Positions 18,110 through 30,045 of a stretch of DNA of 34,189 nucleotides are shown piece after piece. The position numbers and the translations under genes are program-made. The stretch covers positions 1-34,189 of the forward strand of contig CAXNED010000001.1 of NCBI GenBank assembly GCA_964201385.1, given 5' to 3'. Numbering within the stretch: position 1 is the stretch's first letter; each line of letters starts with the position of its first letter. The notes under the pieces are model-generated. The model ran no database searches and was not told the DNA's origin. It saw only the letters and a program-made list of their open reading frames with translations. The stretch comes from Sulfurimonadaceae bacterium. Its GTDB lineage: Bacteria; Campylobacterota; Campylobacteria; Campylobacterales; Sulfurimonadaceae.

Positions 18110-19312
18110 TTACTCGTTTCTTAAAACAGTAAGAATATCTACTTCACTCGCTTTTTTTGCAGGGTAAAAAGAGGAGATGATAACGATAACAAAAGCTCCG
18201 ACAACGATTGAGAAAAAGTCTTGTACGCTCAAATCAAGCGGTAACGTAGAGGTTGGATAGACATCTTTTGGAAGATGAACGATGTCAAAAGTGCTAAGCA
18301 CCCACAAGCCACTCATACCAAGAGCGATTCCCGCTAAAATACCGCTTGTTCCGATAACAACGCCAAGATATAAAAACACCTTTTTGATTTCAGCAGGCGT
18401 TGTTCCAAGGGAGAGAAGAAGTGCGATTTCGCTTCTTCTGTTCATCACCGTCATTAACAAAGAGGAGATGATGTTAATCGCCGCGATGAGGATGATAAGC
18501 ATAAGGACGATAAAAAGAGATGCTTTTTCTAACTCCAATGCTGCAAAAAAGTTAACATTATCTTCCCACCACCCTTTAATCGCAACGCTCTGAGGGAGCA
18601 GTTTTTTGATTTTTACAATATCTTCTTGCGGATTTGAAGAAAAGATATGGATGCCACTGTAATGGTTGCTTGGCAAGTTAAGGATTGTCTGAAGCGATTC
18701 AAGGCTTGTGTAGTTATAGGCTTTATCATACGCAGAGAGTCCTGAGTCAAAAACACCTTTAACCTGAAATCTTTTGATTTTTGGAGTGACATTCATCCCC
18801 CCTGGCTCTACGTGCGTAAAGATATACATCAACTTATCATCATCATGAAGTAAAAATTCATCTTTGAGTGTTTTGCCTATCAAAACATCAAACTTATCAA
18901 AGCTTTTTTCTTCTATCGCTTTTTTGACAACGCTGTTGACTTTTGCTTCACTCTTAAAATTAACTCCAAAGATATAGCCACCCTCGAGTTTTGAGCCACT
19001 TCGTGCCATGATGGCTGACTGAACATAGGGGCTAAAAGCTAGTTCTGGAAACTCTAACTCTAATGTCATGAGAAGGTCTTCATTTACAGCGCCATAAAAC
19101 TTTGGCATAATCGTTAAGGGATAGTTCATGATGGTAAGTTTTTTTCTAAACTCATTGTCAAAACCATTCATAAGTGCCATCGCGATGATAAGCACCATAA
19201 CACCCAGAGATATCCCTAAAAACGCCAAAAGCGCTGAGAGAAATATAAATGGCTGTTCGTTGTCAAAACGTAAAAATCTTTTTACCAGATAAGAGACAAT
19301 TGATGTTTTCAA
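18110..19312 (-). CDS. Lipoprotein-releasing ABC transporter permease (LolC/E-type, LolF-like)
   Basis: [20 protein letters not shown], one periplasmic domain, [24 protein letters not shown] and [12 protein letters not shown] start overlaps the secA TGA (TTGA). Confidence 0.9.
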   Translation of the reverse strand: MKTSIVSYLVKRFLRFDNEQPFIFLSALLAFLGISLGVMVLIIAMALMNGFDNEFRKKLTIMNYPLTIMPKFYGAVNEDLLMTLELEFPELAFSPYVQSAIMARSGSKLEGGYIFGVNFKSEAKVNSVVKKAIEEKSFDKFDVLIGKTLKDEFLLHDDDKLMYIFTHVEPGGMNVTPKIKRFQVKGVFDSGLSAYDKAYNYTSLESLQTILNLPSNHYSGIHIFSSNPQEDIVKIKKLLPQSVAIKGWWEDNVNFFAALELEKASLFIVLMLIILIAAINIISSLLMTVMNRRSEIALLLSLGTTPAEIKKVFLYLGVVIGTSGILAGIALGMSGLWVLSTFDIVHLPKDVYPTSTLPLDLSVQDFFSIVVGAFVIVIISSFYPAKKASEVDILTVLRNE

Positions 19313-21885
19313 GAGGCAAAAACACCTTTTTTAGGACCACTTTTGCCACAGCAAAGTTTGTATTTTTTACCACTTCCGCATGGGCAGAGGTCATTTCTTG
19401 AAACTTTTGCTTTGTTGTCGTTTTCCTCTTCTTCTAGTTGGCGGTTAAACTGCATCGCTGCTTCTTGAATCTTTCTTTGCATATCTAGCTGCTGAGCAAC
19501 ACGTTTCGCTTCTTCTTCTGGGTCTTGCACTCTAAACTGAATGATTTGAAGTGTTTTGATGGTGTTGAACTTGATATCTTCAACAAGTTCAGTAAAGAGG
19601 TTGAAACTCTCTTTTTTGTACTCAACTAGCGGGTCTTTTTGGTTATACGCACGAAGCCTAATCCCTGTTTTCATGTTGTCCATCGCATAAAGATGCTCTC
19701 TCCATGCGCTATCAAGCTCTTTTAAGTAGAGCTCTCTTTCAACTTCGCCGCGCGTAGAGGCATCAAGTGCGCTCATCTTTGCATCGTAAACATTTTTCAC
19801 ATTTTGCGTTACTGATTCAAGGAGCTCTTCATACTCAAATGATGCATACTCTGCTGGATTTAGCTCAAGATTTATCTCTTCGTGAAGTACTTTGAACACT
19901 TTTTCTAGGTTAAAATCTTCTTTTGCTCCACCGTTAAATATGCCTGAGTTGTTCAAGAGATGCTCAATATACTGCCCTCGTATCTCATCCACTTTTGATG
20001 CGATATCAAACTCTGGGTCAAGAAGCTGATTTCTAAATTTATAGACGATTTTTCTCTGCTCATTTGCCACATCATCATACTCAACGATGTGTTTTCTGCC
20101 CTCGTAGTGCATATTTTCAACTTTTTTCTGCGCTTTTTCAACTGCACGCGTTACCATTTTTGACTCAATATACTCACCGTCTTCAACACCAAGACGCTCC
20201 ATAATGCTCTTGATTTTATCACTTCCAAAGATGCGAAGAAGACTATCTTCAAGCGAGAGATAAAACTGCGTCGTTCCATTGTCCCCTTGACGACCGCTTC
20301 TTCCTCGGAGCTGATTGTCAATACGGCGGTTTTCATGTCTCTCTGTTCCGACTATATAAAGACCTCCAAGCGCTTTTACTTCATCATTTACTTTGATGTC
20401 AACACCACGCCCAGCCATGTTTGTAGCGATGGTTACAGCACCCTTTGCACCAGCATTTTTGATGATTTCGCCCTCTTGAGCATGGTTTTTTGCATTTAAA
20501 ACAGTGTGTGCGATTTTCTCTTTTTTAAGAAACTCATGAAGTGCTTCAGATTTTTCGATAGATGCAGTTCCTATAAGTACTGGTTGCCCTGTTTGAGAGA
20601 GTTTTTTGATGGTGTTGATAACGGCTTCAAACTTCTCTCTCTCTGTTTTGTAAATCAAATCGTTTAAGTCAACTCTGGAAATCGGTATGTTAGTAGGGAT
20701 AGAGATAACATCCAAACCATAAATCTGCGCAAATTCTGTCGCTTCCGTTTGTGCCGTTCCTGTCATACCTGCAAGTTTGTTGTACATTCTAAAGTAGTTT
20801 TGGAAAGTGATGTCTGCAAGAGTTTGCGTCTCTTCTTTGATGTCAACATCCTCTTTCGCCTCAAGTGCTTGATGCAGTCCCTCTGAATAACGACGCCCTT
20901 CGCTGAGGCGCCCTGTAAACTCATCGACAATGACTACTTCGCCGTTGTTTACAACATAATCCACATCTTTTTCAAAAAGATAGTTTGCTTTAAGTGCTTG
21001 GTCAAGTACATGCGAGAGTGACGCATTTTCTGGACTGTAGAGGTTTTCTACGCCAAAAAGCTCCTCCGCTCTTGTAATGCCCTCTTCTGTCAAAAGAACC
21101 GTTCTATCTTTTTCATCTACACCAAAATGCTCATCTTTAACAAGAGCAAGCGCGATGCGATTTGCGTCTTTAAAGTCTTTAAGTGTTCTGTTTGTCGGTC
21201 CAGAGATGATAAGCGGTGTTCGTGCTTCATCAATCAAAATACTGTCAACTTCATCAACGATAACAAAATTGTGTCCTCTTTGAACCATGTTTTCACGTGC
21301 GTAACTCATGTTGTCCCTAAGATAGTCAAATCCGAACTCATTGTTTGTTCCGTATGTGATATCTGCGCCGTAAACCTCTCGCTTTACCATTGGGTCATGC
21401 ATATTTTCCAAGATAACACCAACGCTAAAGCCTAAGAACTCATAAAGCGGGCGCATTTCGTTTCCATCTCTTGAAGCTAGGTAGTCGTTTACCGTGACAA
21501 GATGTACCCCTTTTCCTGTCATAGCATTGAGGACGATAGGAAGCGTTGCAACAAGGGTTTTACCCTCCCCTGTTTTCATCTCAGCAATCTTGCCCTCATG
21601 TAAAACTATCCCGCCGACAAGCTGTACATCAAAGTGTCGCATGTTTAGCACTCTTGAACTTACTTCTCTTGTGATAGCAAAAGAGTCCGCCAAAACATCA
21701 TCCAAGCTTTTTGCTCCAGATAAAACGCTCTCTTTTATCGCACCAAACGCTTCTTTGAGCGCATCATCACTTAAAGGCTTATACATTTGCTCTAAAGCGC
21801 TTATCCTGCTTACCGTTTTTTTATATCTTTTTAATTCTCGATCATTTGAAGTACCAAAAATTTTTCCCATTAATGCTTGTAGCAT
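19309..21885 (-). CDS. secA: Preprotein translocase ATPase SecA
   Basis: [47 protein letters not shown] and the C-terminal SEC-C motif [14 protein letters not shown]. Start at ATG 21885 with SD AAGG. Confidence 0.98.
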   Translation of the reverse strand: MLQALMGKIFGTSNDRELKRYKKTVSRISALEQMYKPLSDDALKEAFGAIKESVLSGAKSLDDVLADSFAITREVSSRVLNMRHFDVQLVGGIVLHEGKIAEMKTGEGKTLVATLPIVLNAMTGKGVHLVTVNDYLASRDGNEMRPLYEFLGFSVGVILENMHDPMVKREVYGADITYGTNNEFGFDYLRDNMSYARENMVQRGHNFVIVDEVDSILIDEARTPLIISGPTNRTLKDFKDANRIALALVKDEHFGVDEKDRTVLLTEEGITRAEELFGVENLYSPENASLSHVLDQALKANYLFEKDVDYVVNNGEVVIVDEFTGRLSEGRRYSEGLHQALEAKEDVDIKEETQTLADITFQNYFRMYNKLAGMTGTAQTEATEFAQIYGLDVISIPTNIPISRVDLNDLIYKTEREKFEAVINTIKKLSQTGQPVLIGTASIEKSEALHEFLKKEKIAHTVLNAKNHAQEGEIIKNAGAKGAVTIATNMAGRGVDIKVNDEVKALGGLYIVGTERHENRRIDNQLRGRSGRQGDNGTTQFYLSLEDSLLRIFGSDKIKSIMERLGVEDGEYIESKMVTRAVEKAQKKVENMHYEGRKHIVEYDDVANEQRKIVYKFRNQLLDPEFDIASKVDEIRGQYIEHLLNNSGIFNGGAKEDFNLEKVFKVLHEEINLELNPAEYASFEYEELLESVTQNVKNVYDAKMSALDASTRGEVERELYLKELDSAWREHLYAMDNMKTGIRLRAYNQKDPLVEYKKESFNLFTELVEDIKFNTIKTLQIIQFRVQDPEEEAKRVAQQLDMQRKIQEAAMQFNRQLEEEENDNKAKVSRNDLCPCGSGKKYKLCCGKSGPKKGVFAS

Positions 21886-21936
21886 CTGCAACCTTATTGT
21901 AAGCGGGTAAAAAACACCGCTAAAGAAATTCCTTTT

Positions 21937-22046
21937 ATTTTAACACACATAAAATTAGAAATCGCATAAATGGGCGCTTTTGTAAAAGTTCTCTCTTTTA
22001 CTTTGCAAGATATTAAATAATATGTAAACGGTCACTAAGATATAAT
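21937..22046. promoter_or_regulatory. Divergent sigma70 promoters for secA and lolA
   Basis: Minus strand TG-T-TAAAAT at 21937-21945; plus strand TATAAT at 22041-22046. Confidence 0.5.
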
Positions 22047-22070
22047 TTTTAAAAAAACACAAAGGTACAA

Positions 22071-22586
22071 ATGAAACTCTTTTACTTAGCACTCTTTTTA
22101 ACGATGGAGCTTTTCGCTTCACTTGATTCTATGACCTCTTTTGACGCAGATTTCGTCCAAAGTATCACAGATGAAGAGAAAAAAACGATTCACTACAATG
22201 GACACATAGTTGCTTCAAAACCGCAAAATGCGAGATGGAGCTATTTTAAACCGATTAAAAAAGAGGTTTATATCAATGACTTTGAAGCGACTATTGTAGA
22301 ACCTGAGATAGAACAAGTTATCGTGCGACAAATAGAATCAAATTTTGATTTTTTTAAGATTATTGGCAAAGCAAAGAAAAATGCTCAAAACAGCTATACG
22401 GCTCACTATAAAGAGACGCAATTTACCATCAAGATGAGTGGAGAACTTATAGCATCTATCTCTTATAAAGATGAATTTGAAAACAAAATCGTGATAGTTT
22501 TTAAAAATCAAAAACAGAACCAAACTATAGATAAAGCCCTCTTTACTCCCGTTTATCCACTTGCTTTTGATATTATCAGGGATTGA
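22071..22586 (+). CDS. lolA: Outer-membrane lipoprotein carrier protein LolA
   Basis: Signal peptide, SFDADFVQ and ASKPQNARWSYFKP. Divergent from secA-lolC/E as in other Campylobacterota. Confidence 0.88.
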   Translation: MKLFYLALFLTMELFASLDSMTSFDADFVQSITDEEKKTIHYNGHIVASKPQNARWSYFKPIKKEVYINDFEATIVEPEIEQVIVRQIESNFDFFKIIGKAKKNAQNSYTAHYKETQFTIKMSGELIASISYKDEFENKIVIVFKNQKQNQTIDKALFTPVYPLAFDIIRD

Positions 22587-24951
22587 GAGAGGTTATCTCT
22601 ACCCTGTTTCTTCCCCCATTTTTTGCACGATACAGCGCCTTGTCAGTTACTTTGTATATCTCAGGAACATCCATCGTACACGCTTTTGGTAAAAATGAAA
22701 GTCCTATAGAGAGCGAAAGGTGGTCTGAAATTACGCTTGAAACGTGTTCTATTTTTTGATTTTGAACACTCACTCTAAGAAGCTCTGCTCGCTCTTGTGC
22801 ATCTTCTTGTGTTGTCGCATAAAAAGAGATAGCAAACTCCTCCCCTCCTATACGGTAAACATAATCGTTAGCTCTTTTAAAGAGCGAGAGCATTGTTTTT
22901 GCAACCAACTTAAGCGCTTCATCTCCTTTTTGGTGTCCATAAAAATCGTTATACTGCTTGAAATAATCTATATCAACAATAAGTAAAACAAGGTTTTTAC
23001 CATCTCGCTTTGAAATTTTATAATCTTTTTCAAACTGCACATCAAAAAATCGTCGATTGTAAAGTCCAGTGAGCGCATCTGTGATAGAGTACTGCTCAAT
23101 TCTTTTTTTATCTGTGATATCACGAATAATTGCCGAAAAGCCCATGATATTTCCATACTTATCTATCTGTGGCGTAATGGTGGACTCTATCCAATAATCA
23201 TTTCCATTTTTGTTACGATTTTTGAACTCTCCTTTATAAATTTTGCCATCAAGAATCGTTTTCCAAAGATTTTCATGAACCTCTTTAAGGGTGTCTGGAT
23301 GTGCAACAATAGAGTGAGATTTTCCTATAATCTCCTCTTTTGTATATCCTGATATCTTGGTAAAAGCATCACTTACATCCGTAATTATCCCCTTGGTATT
23401 CGTTTTAGAGGTGATGACATATTGGTCGATAAGGTCGATGTATTTTTCACTTGTATCTAAAGATTTTGCATCTCGCAAGAAACCGATAATCATATCAATA
23501 AAATAAGCAAAATCTTCATTGTGGACAATATCATGTTTTTTTGTAAAGGCAAGCTGCAAAACGCCAAAAATCTTCTCATAGTTCATAAGCGGAAGAGTGC
23601 AGATGCTCGATGGCGTAACGGTGATATTTTCTATACGAAATAGCTGTTTTTGAGAACTATCAAACTCTGTTGCGATTGATTTTTTTTGAACTGCGACTTC
23701 ACCAACAAGCCCTTCTCCAAGCTCGACAATGGGTTTCATCTCGTTGGTTGCATAGGAGGAAGCCAGATAGAGTTTATTGTTCTCTTCATGGAAGAGGTAA
23801 ATCGCCCCTTGTACAACACCAAACCTCTCTGAAAAAAAGTAGAGCGCTTGTGAAGCTATCTCTTCTATGGTATTGCACTTCTCAAGATCATGTTTTAGTT
23901 TGATGATAGCTGTAAGATTGTTTTTAATCTTTTTTTCACTTTGCGCATAGAGCGTGTAACTTCTCACCATTGAAACAATAATAATAAGAATCAGCGCAAC
24001 AACAAAAACTCCGATAATAACGCCATAAAGCTTTGCTTGTTCAAGCTCTTTTAGTTTTTGGTTTAGCTTTTGATTTAGGAATTCTGCATCTGCACGGTAG
24101 AGTGTGAAAATTTTATCTATTACATTGGTTGAGAGCGTAAAAAATTCGATTGCTTTGATGTTTCCACCATCAAGCAAAACAGTTTTTTTAACATACTCCT
24201 GCATCTTTTTTGTCTCTAAAGTGACATTTTCAAGATGTGCTAAAAGTCTTGCCTTCTCATCACTATCTTGTATCTCTTCGATGGCTCTTTGCACCTGCTT
24301 TGTATGTTCTTCACAAAGAAGGCAGTTGTTTTTGATAGAGTATCGAAGCTCAGTGTCCGTGGAGTTCTCAAGTATAGCCCTGCTTGTTTTTGCCCTGATT
24401 TTCCCAACAACTTCTATAAGATTTGGAAGGTGTTTGAGCATGATATCGATAAGAAAATATTTATCACCATCAGATTCTAAGAGCAGTTTGGATTTAAACC
24501 CAAGATAGTACATCTTCTCCTGAAGCTGCTCGATAACATAAGTGTATTTTTGATATAAAAGCGTCTTATCTTCAAGAGAGCTATTGATAAGAGTTTCAAT
24601 CTCATTTTTAATATACTCATACTCTTTATCATAGAGTGTTGGATAGAGTATTTTTAAATTTTTGCTGTTTTGGATATCTTTTTGCGCATCAGCTTTGATA
24701 AGAGCAACATTACTCACAACAAGAGCATAGTCTGCTTCACTCATCGAGTTTGCGTCAAACTGACTATAACCACGTAATTTCTGGATTTTAAGGATAAATT
24801 TTTGCACCTCTTGTGCAAAGTTCACACCATCAATTTTCTCTTTTGTTTTAGCTATCTCACTGTTATAGTTGTCTATAAAATTGTTAAACAAGAAGAGCGT
24901 TCCGCCAATAAGAAAAAGAATTAAAACGATAAATTTATATATTTTTTGCAT
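22576..24951 (-). CDS. Membrane-bound diguanylate cyclase (periplasmic NIT-like sensor, GAF, PAS, GGDEF)
   Basis: Two TM segments flank a ~285-aa helical region. GAF (GAIYLF...LGEGLVGEVA...LPL), PAS (SKTNTKGIITDVSDAFTKISGY..EEIIGKSH) and GGDEF (DALTGLYNRR, DIDYFKQYND.YGHQKGD, RAND I-site, GGEEF) follow. Confidence 0.92.
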   Translation of the reverse strand: MQKIYKFIVLILFLIGGTLFLFNNFIDNYNSEIAKTKEKIDGVNFAQEVQKFILKIQKLRGYSQFDANSMSEADYALVVSNVALIKADAQKDIQNSKNLKILYPTLYDKEYEYIKNEIETLINSSLEDKTLLYQKYTYVIEQLQEKMYYLGFKSKLLLESDGDKYFLIDIMLKHLPNLIEVVGKIRAKTSRAILENSTDTELRYSIKNNCLLCEEHTKQVQRAIEEIQDSDEKARLLAHLENVTLETKKMQEYVKKTVLLDGGNIKAIEFFTLSTNVIDKIFTLYRADAEFLNQKLNQKLKELEQAKLYGVIIGVFVVALILIIIVSMVRSYTLYAQSEKKIKNNLTAIIKLKHDLEKCNTIEEIASQALYFFSERFGVVQGAIYLFHEENNKLYLASSYATNEMKPIVELGEGLVGEVAVQKKSIATEFDSSQKQLFRIENITVTPSSICTLPLMNYEKIFGVLQLAFTKKHDIVHNEDFAYFIDMIIGFLRDAKSLDTSEKYIDLIDQYVITSKTNTKGIITDVSDAFTKISGYTKEEIIGKSHSIVAHPDTLKEVHENLWKTILDGKIYKGEFKNRNKNGNDYWIESTITPQIDKYGNIMGFSAIIRDITDKKRIEQYSITDALTGLYNRRFFDVQFEKDYKISKRDGKNLVLLIVDIDYFKQYNDFYGHQKGDEALKLVAKTMLSLFKRANDYVYRIGGEEFAISFYATTQEDAQERAELLRVSVQNQKIEHVSSVISDHLSLSIGLSFLPKACTMDVPEIYKVTDKALYRAKNGGRNRVEITSLNP

Positions 24952-25017
24952 TATTTAAAAGTCCAAGAAAGTAATAGGTGATGTATTTTAGCAAAAGAAG
25001 AGGAAAAAGATGCAATA

Positions 25018-25039
25018 TGGCGCAAAGAGATTTGCGCCA
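25018..25039 (-). terminator. Hairpin terminator after acnB
   Basis: TGGCGCAAA-GAGA-TTTGCGCCA perfect 9-bp stem 5 nt after the acnB stop. Confidence 0.7.
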
Positions 25040-25044
25040 AAGTT

Positions 25045-27594
25045 TTAGAGTTTATAGTCTTTGATAAGGTTGAAGTTAAGATATTTGTAAATCTTATCCT
25101 CTTTGCCTGCGATTTTCTTTGGAACTATCTCATTGTACTCTGCAGCGCTCGGCAGGCGACCTAGTTTTGCGCACACTGCAGCAAGCTCCGCAGAACCTAG
25201 ATAAACCTTTGTATCTTTACCTAAGCGGTTGTCAAAGTTACGAGTTGAAGTTGAGAAAACAACTGCACCATCTCCAACGCGCGCTTGGTTACCCATACAG
25301 AGTGAACATCCTGGAACTTCAGTTCTTGCACCTGAACCGCCAAAGATAGAGTAGTAACCCTCTTCTGTAAGCTGTTTCTCATCCATTTTTGTTGGAGGAC
25401 ACACCCATAGTCTTGTCGGAACAGCACCCTCGCCTCTTAAAACTTCTCCAAGCGCACGGTAGTGACCGATGTTTGTCATACATGAACCGACAAATACTTC
25501 ATCTATCTTCGTAGGACGGTCACTCGCTAAAACTTCACTTAGCGTTGCAACATCATCTGGATCATTTGGACATGCCAAAATCGGCTCTGTGATTTTGTTC
25601 AGATCAATCTCGATAATCGCCGCATACTCTGCATCTGCATCTGGCTTGAGAAGTGATGGATTTGCCAACCACTCGTTCATCTTGTCAATACGTCTTTGCA
25701 ATGTGCGCTTGTCTTCATAACCAGCTTGAATCATAGCGTCCAAAAGAACAACGTTTGACTTGAGGTACTCGATAACTGGCTCTTCATTTAAAAGAACCGT
25801 ACATGCAGCGGCACTTCTCTCAGCTGACGCATCTGAAAGCTCAAACGCCTGCTCACACTTCATGTTTGGCAGACCTTCAATCTCTAAAATACGACCATTG
25901 AAGATATTTTTCTTATCTTTTTTCGCAACAGTTAAATGTCCCTCTTTGATAGCTTGATGAGGAATCGCATTGACTAAGTCACGAAGCGTAATACCTGGTT
26001 GTAACTCTCCTGAAAAACGAACAAGAACAGACTCTGGCATAGTAAGAGGCATAGAAGCAGTAACTGCCGCAAACGCAACGATTCCAGAACCACCAGGGAA
26101 AGAGATACCGATAGGGAAACGTGTATGGCTATCTGCACCTGTTCCAACTGTATCTGGCAGAACCATTCTGTTTAACCATGAGTGGATAACTCCATCACCT
26201 GGGCGGAGTGCAACACCTGAACGCTTTGAGATAAACGCTGGAAGTGTGTGGTGCATAACAACATCTGAAGGCTTTGGATATGCCGCCGTATGACAAAATG
26301 ACTGCATGACTAAATCAGCCGAGAAACCAAGTGCAGCAAGTTCTACAACTTCATCTCTTGTCATCGGTCCAGTTGTATCTTGGCTTCCAACAGTTGAAGT
26401 TACAGGCTCTACGTACATCCCTGGACGTACACCTGTCATACCGCAAGCACGACCAACCATCTTTTGAGCAAGAGTATAGCCCTTGCCAGTATCAGCAGGC
26501 TGCTCAGCAGTCAAGAACACATCAGAAGCTCCAAGTCCAAGAACGCCACGAGCTTTTGCAGTTAAACCACGACCGATGATAAGTGGGATACGCCCGCCTG
26601 CACGCACTTCATCAACGATTGTGTTTGGGTTGAGCTTGAATGTTGCGATGCACTTTGAATCTTTATGCGCTTCGCCTTTGTATGGATAGATAGTTACCAC
26701 ATCACCCATCTCCATATCAGTTACGCTCATCTCAAGCGGAAGTGCGCCAGAGTCTTCACATGTAGCAAAGAAGATAGGAGCGATAATACCGCCGATAACG
26801 ATACCGCCTGTACGCTTGTTAGGTACACCCGAGATATCTTCACCCATGTGCCACTGAACAGAGTTTACGCCAGATTTTCTTGAGCTTCCAGTTCCGACGA
26901 CATCGCCAACATAAGCGATTGGGTGTCCTTTTTCTTTAAGCTCTTTGATAGTACCCATTGGGTCACTCATCTTTGCAACAAGCATTGAGTTTGCATGAAG
27001 AGGGATGTCAGAGCGAGTAAATGCCTCAGATGCAGGAGAGAGGTCATCTGTATTTGTCTCGCCAGCCACTTTAAATACCGTAAAAGTAATCTCATCAGCA
27101 ATAGCAGGTTTAGATGTAAACCACTCCGCATTTGCCCATGAAGTGATAACTTCAGTAGCCGCCGCATTGCCCGCTTTGTGAAGTTCTTCTACATCATTAA
27201 ACGCATCATAAACAAGAAGTGTATGTTTAAGCGCATCTTTTGCTGCTTCTACAACTTTTGCATTTTTAGAAGTAAGCGCATCAACCATTGGTTTTACGTT
27301 GTATCCGCCGAGCATCATTCCCATCATGCTAACAGCTTGCTCTGGCGCAATAGCCGCTACGCTGATTTTCTCACTTGCAACATCATTTAAAAATGCAGCT
27401 TTTACGTATGCAGCGTCATCAACACCTGGAGAGACACGGTTTGTAAGAAGGTCAACATTTTGAGCCATGTCACCTTCGCTTGCTTTTATCATCTCAACCA
27501 ATGCAACAGCTTGCCCAGCGTTTAGTGGCAATGGCGGAACACCAAGAGCCTCTCTCTCTAACGTATGTGCTTTATACTCTTCTATAAATGACAT
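25045..27594 (-). CDS. acnB: Aconitate hydratase B
   Basis: [48 protein letters not shown] and [12 protein letters not shown] motifs. Confidence 0.97.
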   Translation of the reverse strand: MSFIEEYKAHTLEREALGVPPLPLNAGQAVALVEMIKASEGDMAQNVDLLTNRVSPGVDDAAYVKAAFLNDVASEKISVAAIAPEQAVSMMGMMLGGYNVKPMVDALTSKNAKVVEAAKDALKHTLLVYDAFNDVEELHKAGNAAATEVITSWANAEWFTSKPAIADEITFTVFKVAGETNTDDLSPASEAFTRSDIPLHANSMLVAKMSDPMGTIKELKEKGHPIAYVGDVVGTGSSRKSGVNSVQWHMGEDISGVPNKRTGGIVIGGIIAPIFFATCEDSGALPLEMSVTDMEMGDVVTIYPYKGEAHKDSKCIATFKLNPNTIVDEVRAGGRIPLIIGRGLTAKARGVLGLGASDVFLTAEQPADTGKGYTLAQKMVGRACGMTGVRPGMYVEPVTSTVGSQDTTGPMTRDEVVELAALGFSADLVMQSFCHTAAYPKPSDVVMHHTLPAFISKRSGVALRPGDGVIHSWLNRMVLPDTVGTGADSHTRFPIGISFPGGSGIVAFAAVTASMPLTMPESVLVRFSGELQPGITLRDLVNAIPHQAIKEGHLTVAKKDKKNIFNGRILEIEGLPNMKCEQAFELSDASAERSAAACTVLLNEEPVIEYLKSNVVLLDAMIQAGYEDKRTLQRRIDKMNEWLANPSLLKPDADAEYAAIIEIDLNKITEPILACPNDPDDVATLSEVLASDRPTKIDEVFVGSCMTNIGHYRALGEVLRGEGAVPTRLWVCPPTKMDEKQLTEEGYYSIFGGSGARTEVPGCSLCMGNQARVGDGAVVFSTSTRNFDNRLGKDTKVYLGSAELAAVCAKLGRLPSAAEYNEIVPKKIAGKEDKIYKYLNFNLIKDYKL

Positions 27595-27718
27595 TTTTTT
27601 TCCTATGAGTTAAAATTTAATAGGATTGTAACAAAATAAAGAAACGGCAGAAGAGGAGTGTTACCAAAATAAACAAAATATATAAATTTTATAAAAAATA
27701 TGTGTATTTTAGTAACGG

Positions 27719-29971
27719 TTATAAAATGTCTCGGATACCTTTAGAGTTTGGAGCGGATAGAATTCCCTCGTTTTCAAGCTGTTCTATCAGTCTTGCAGAT
27801 TTGTTGTAACCGATTTGAAGTTTTCTTTGCAAGTACGAGATAGATGTTTTTCTATCACTCAGCACTACGTTTTTTGCCTCTTCAAACATAGGGTCAAGCT
27901 CTTCATAGCTCTCTCCCATCGATGCGCTGCTAGCTTCGCTATCCTCAACCAAAAAGCGCTTGTCATAGTTCGGCGCTCTTTGGGATTTGATGAAGTCAAC
28001 TATCTTCTCAATCTCCTCTTCTGTACTCCAAGGAGCGTGAAGCCGTACAAGCCCTGTTGAGCCTGGAGGCGTAAAGAGCATATCCCCTTTACCCAAAAGC
28101 GACTCTGCGCCTTGTTGGTCTAGTATGATTTTAGAGTCCACTTTTTGCCCTACTCTGTAGGAGATGCGTGAGGGAAGATTTGCTTTGATAAGACCTGTGA
28201 CAACATCAACAGATGGTCGTTGTGTAGCCACAACAAGGTGAATCCCCGAAGCTCTTGCCATCTGTGCAAGTCTGGCGATAGAGTACTCCACATCCTTGCC
28301 GCTCGTCATCATCAAATCCGCCAACTCATCGATAATCACGACAATGTAAGGAAGATTTTCGCCCCCCTCTTTTTTTACTTTTTCGTTATAGCTCTCTATA
28401 TTTTTGGTTCTGTTCTCACTCATAAGTGCGTAACGGCGTTCCATCTCATAGACCATGTTGTTGAGTGCCACGATCGCCTGTTTTGCTTTTGTGATAACTG
28501 GCGTAAGAAGATGCGGAATGTCGTTGTAGATGGAAAACTCAAGCATTTTTGGGTCTATCATGAGAAGTCTAAGCTGGTCGGGTGAATTTTTATATAAAAG
28601 CGAGAGTATCATCGCATTTATGCCCACACTTTTTCCGCTTCCCGTCGTTCCTGCTATAAGTAAGTGAGGGAGCTTTTTGAGGTCTGTTATGAAAGGTTTG
28701 CCGACGATATCTTTACCCAAAACAATAGTCAAAGGAGAAGATGACTCCTTAAAAAGCTTGCTATCAAGCAGTTCTCTTAGGTAAATTGTATCAATCTTCT
28801 CATTTGGTATCTCAATCCCAACCACATCTTTGCCTGGGATAGGCGCTTGGATACGGATGGTCTCAGCACTCAGTGCCATCGCCAAATCGTCTTGAAGATT
28901 GAGGATGCGAGAGACTTTGACATTTGCGGCAGGTTTAAACTCAAAAGTTGAGACAACAGGACCTGCATACGTGCGTACAACATCCCCATCTATCTTAAAG
29001 TGAGCAAGTTTTTCTATGAGAAACTTTATTTTTCCATCAAGTTCGCTCTCATCCACGCTATGCGCTTTGTTGCTTGGTTTTTGTAAAAATTCAACTGATG
29101 GAAGTTTGAAGTTTTTTGGTTTTTCAACTTCCCCTTTTTCTATGGTCGCAAGAAGTTTAGCGTTTTCTTCTAGCTCCTCCACAACAATAGCCCCTTTTTG
29201 CTCTTTTATCTCGTTGACAAGATCTAAAATAGTATGCTCTTTTGTTTTAAGTAGCGTAATGGACGGTAGCGCACTCTCTTTTACCTCTTGAGGCGCTATA
29301 GGTTTTTCTATGATTTGCCCAGTACTCTCTTGGGGTTGTTGTTTTTGCTTCTGCGTTTGAGTTGTACTCTTCTCTTCTTGTGATTTTGCATAAAGAGCTG
29401 CGACATCAACATCACTACTCTTTTTTGGAGGGGCTTTTTTTGTACTCTCCTCCTTAGGAGATGCAATACCGATACCAACTTTTTTTATATTTGCAAAAAG
29501 CATATCTACCATCTCATGCGCACTTTTCTCAAAAATAATAACCATCGATAGAAGCGAGATAATAAACCAAAATATCCAGAGTCCAAAAAACCCGATATTT
29601 GGCGATAAAAAGTCCACAAATCCTGCGCCAAATGCACCTCGAAGCTCGTCTGTGACAAGAAGTGCTTGCGCAAGCAGAAGAGAGAAAAAAATCAAAAATG
29701 AGGCTACAGATAACTCCGCTTTTTTGATAGATACGGGGCTTTGTTTATAAAAAATATAGAGTGGCAAGAGTGAGGCAAAAATATAGATGTAAGAGATGTA
29801 ACCAAAATAGTGATGATTGTAAGAAGCAAAAATGGCACCATAGCTTCCCATCAAAGCCGTATCGCCCAAAATCGTCGCAAATCCAAAGTAGATAAGCAGA
29901 CCAAAACATAAGATAAACAGAGCATCTTTCAAACTAAAATTTCCTTTTGTTGCATAAATCTTTTGTTCCAT
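27719..29971 (-). CDS. ftsK: DNA translocase FtsK
   Basis: Four N-terminal TM segments, a Q/E/K-rich linker, Walker A GTTGSGKS, IIDELADLM, ATQRPS and the gamma domain SISYLQRKLQIGYNKSARLIE. The true start may be TTG at 29932 (SD AAGGA). Confidence 0.95.
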   Translation of the reverse strand: MEQKIYATKGNFSLKDALFILCFGLLIYFGFATILGDTALMGSYGAIFASYNHHYFGYISYIYIFASLLPLYIFYKQSPVSIKKAELSVASFLIFFSLLLAQALLVTDELRGAFGAGFVDFLSPNIGFFGLWIFWFIISLLSMVIIFEKSAHEMVDMLFANIKKVGIGIASPKEESTKKAPPKKSSDVDVAALYAKSQEEKSTTQTQKQKQQPQESTGQIIEKPIAPQEVKESALPSITLLKTKEHTILDLVNEIKEQKGAIVVEELEENAKLLATIEKGEVEKPKNFKLPSVEFLQKPSNKAHSVDESELDGKIKFLIEKLAHFKIDGDVVRTYAGPVVSTFEFKPAANVKVSRILNLQDDLAMALSAETIRIQAPIPGKDVVGIEIPNEKIDTIYLRELLDSKLFKESSSPLTIVLGKDIVGKPFITDLKKLPHLLIAGTTGSGKSVGINAMILSLLYKNSPDQLRLLMIDPKMLEFSIYNDIPHLLTPVITKAKQAIVALNNMVYEMERRYALMSENRTKNIESYNEKVKKEGGENLPYIVVIIDELADLMMTSGKDVEYSIARLAQMARASGIHLVVATQRPSVDVVTGLIKANLPSRISYRVGQKVDSKIILDQQGAESLLGKGDMLFTPPGSTGLVRLHAPWSTEEEIEKIVDFIKSQRAPNYDKRFLVEDSEASSASMGESYEELDPMFEEAKNVVLSDRKTSISYLQRKLQIGYNKSARLIEQLENEGILSAPNSKGIRDIL

Positions 29972-30045
29972 TAGAGGAGATATTTCTGGCTTGAAGCCAA
30001 AAATGAAAAAAAGATTATAGCCAAATGTAGGTATAAAGGCGATTT

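Noticed and set aside
24304-24324. Possible heme c attachment site in the diguanylate cyclase
   Set aside because: The sequence is CLLCEEH, not CxxCH; the His is not adjacent to the second Cys.
11570-27670. Shared GTAAC/GTTAC motif upstream of mdh, icd and acnB as a TCA regulon box
   Set aside because: The clearest instances coincide with extended -10 elements (TGTTACCAT, TGTTACAAT), and the motif is too short to support without a statistical scan.
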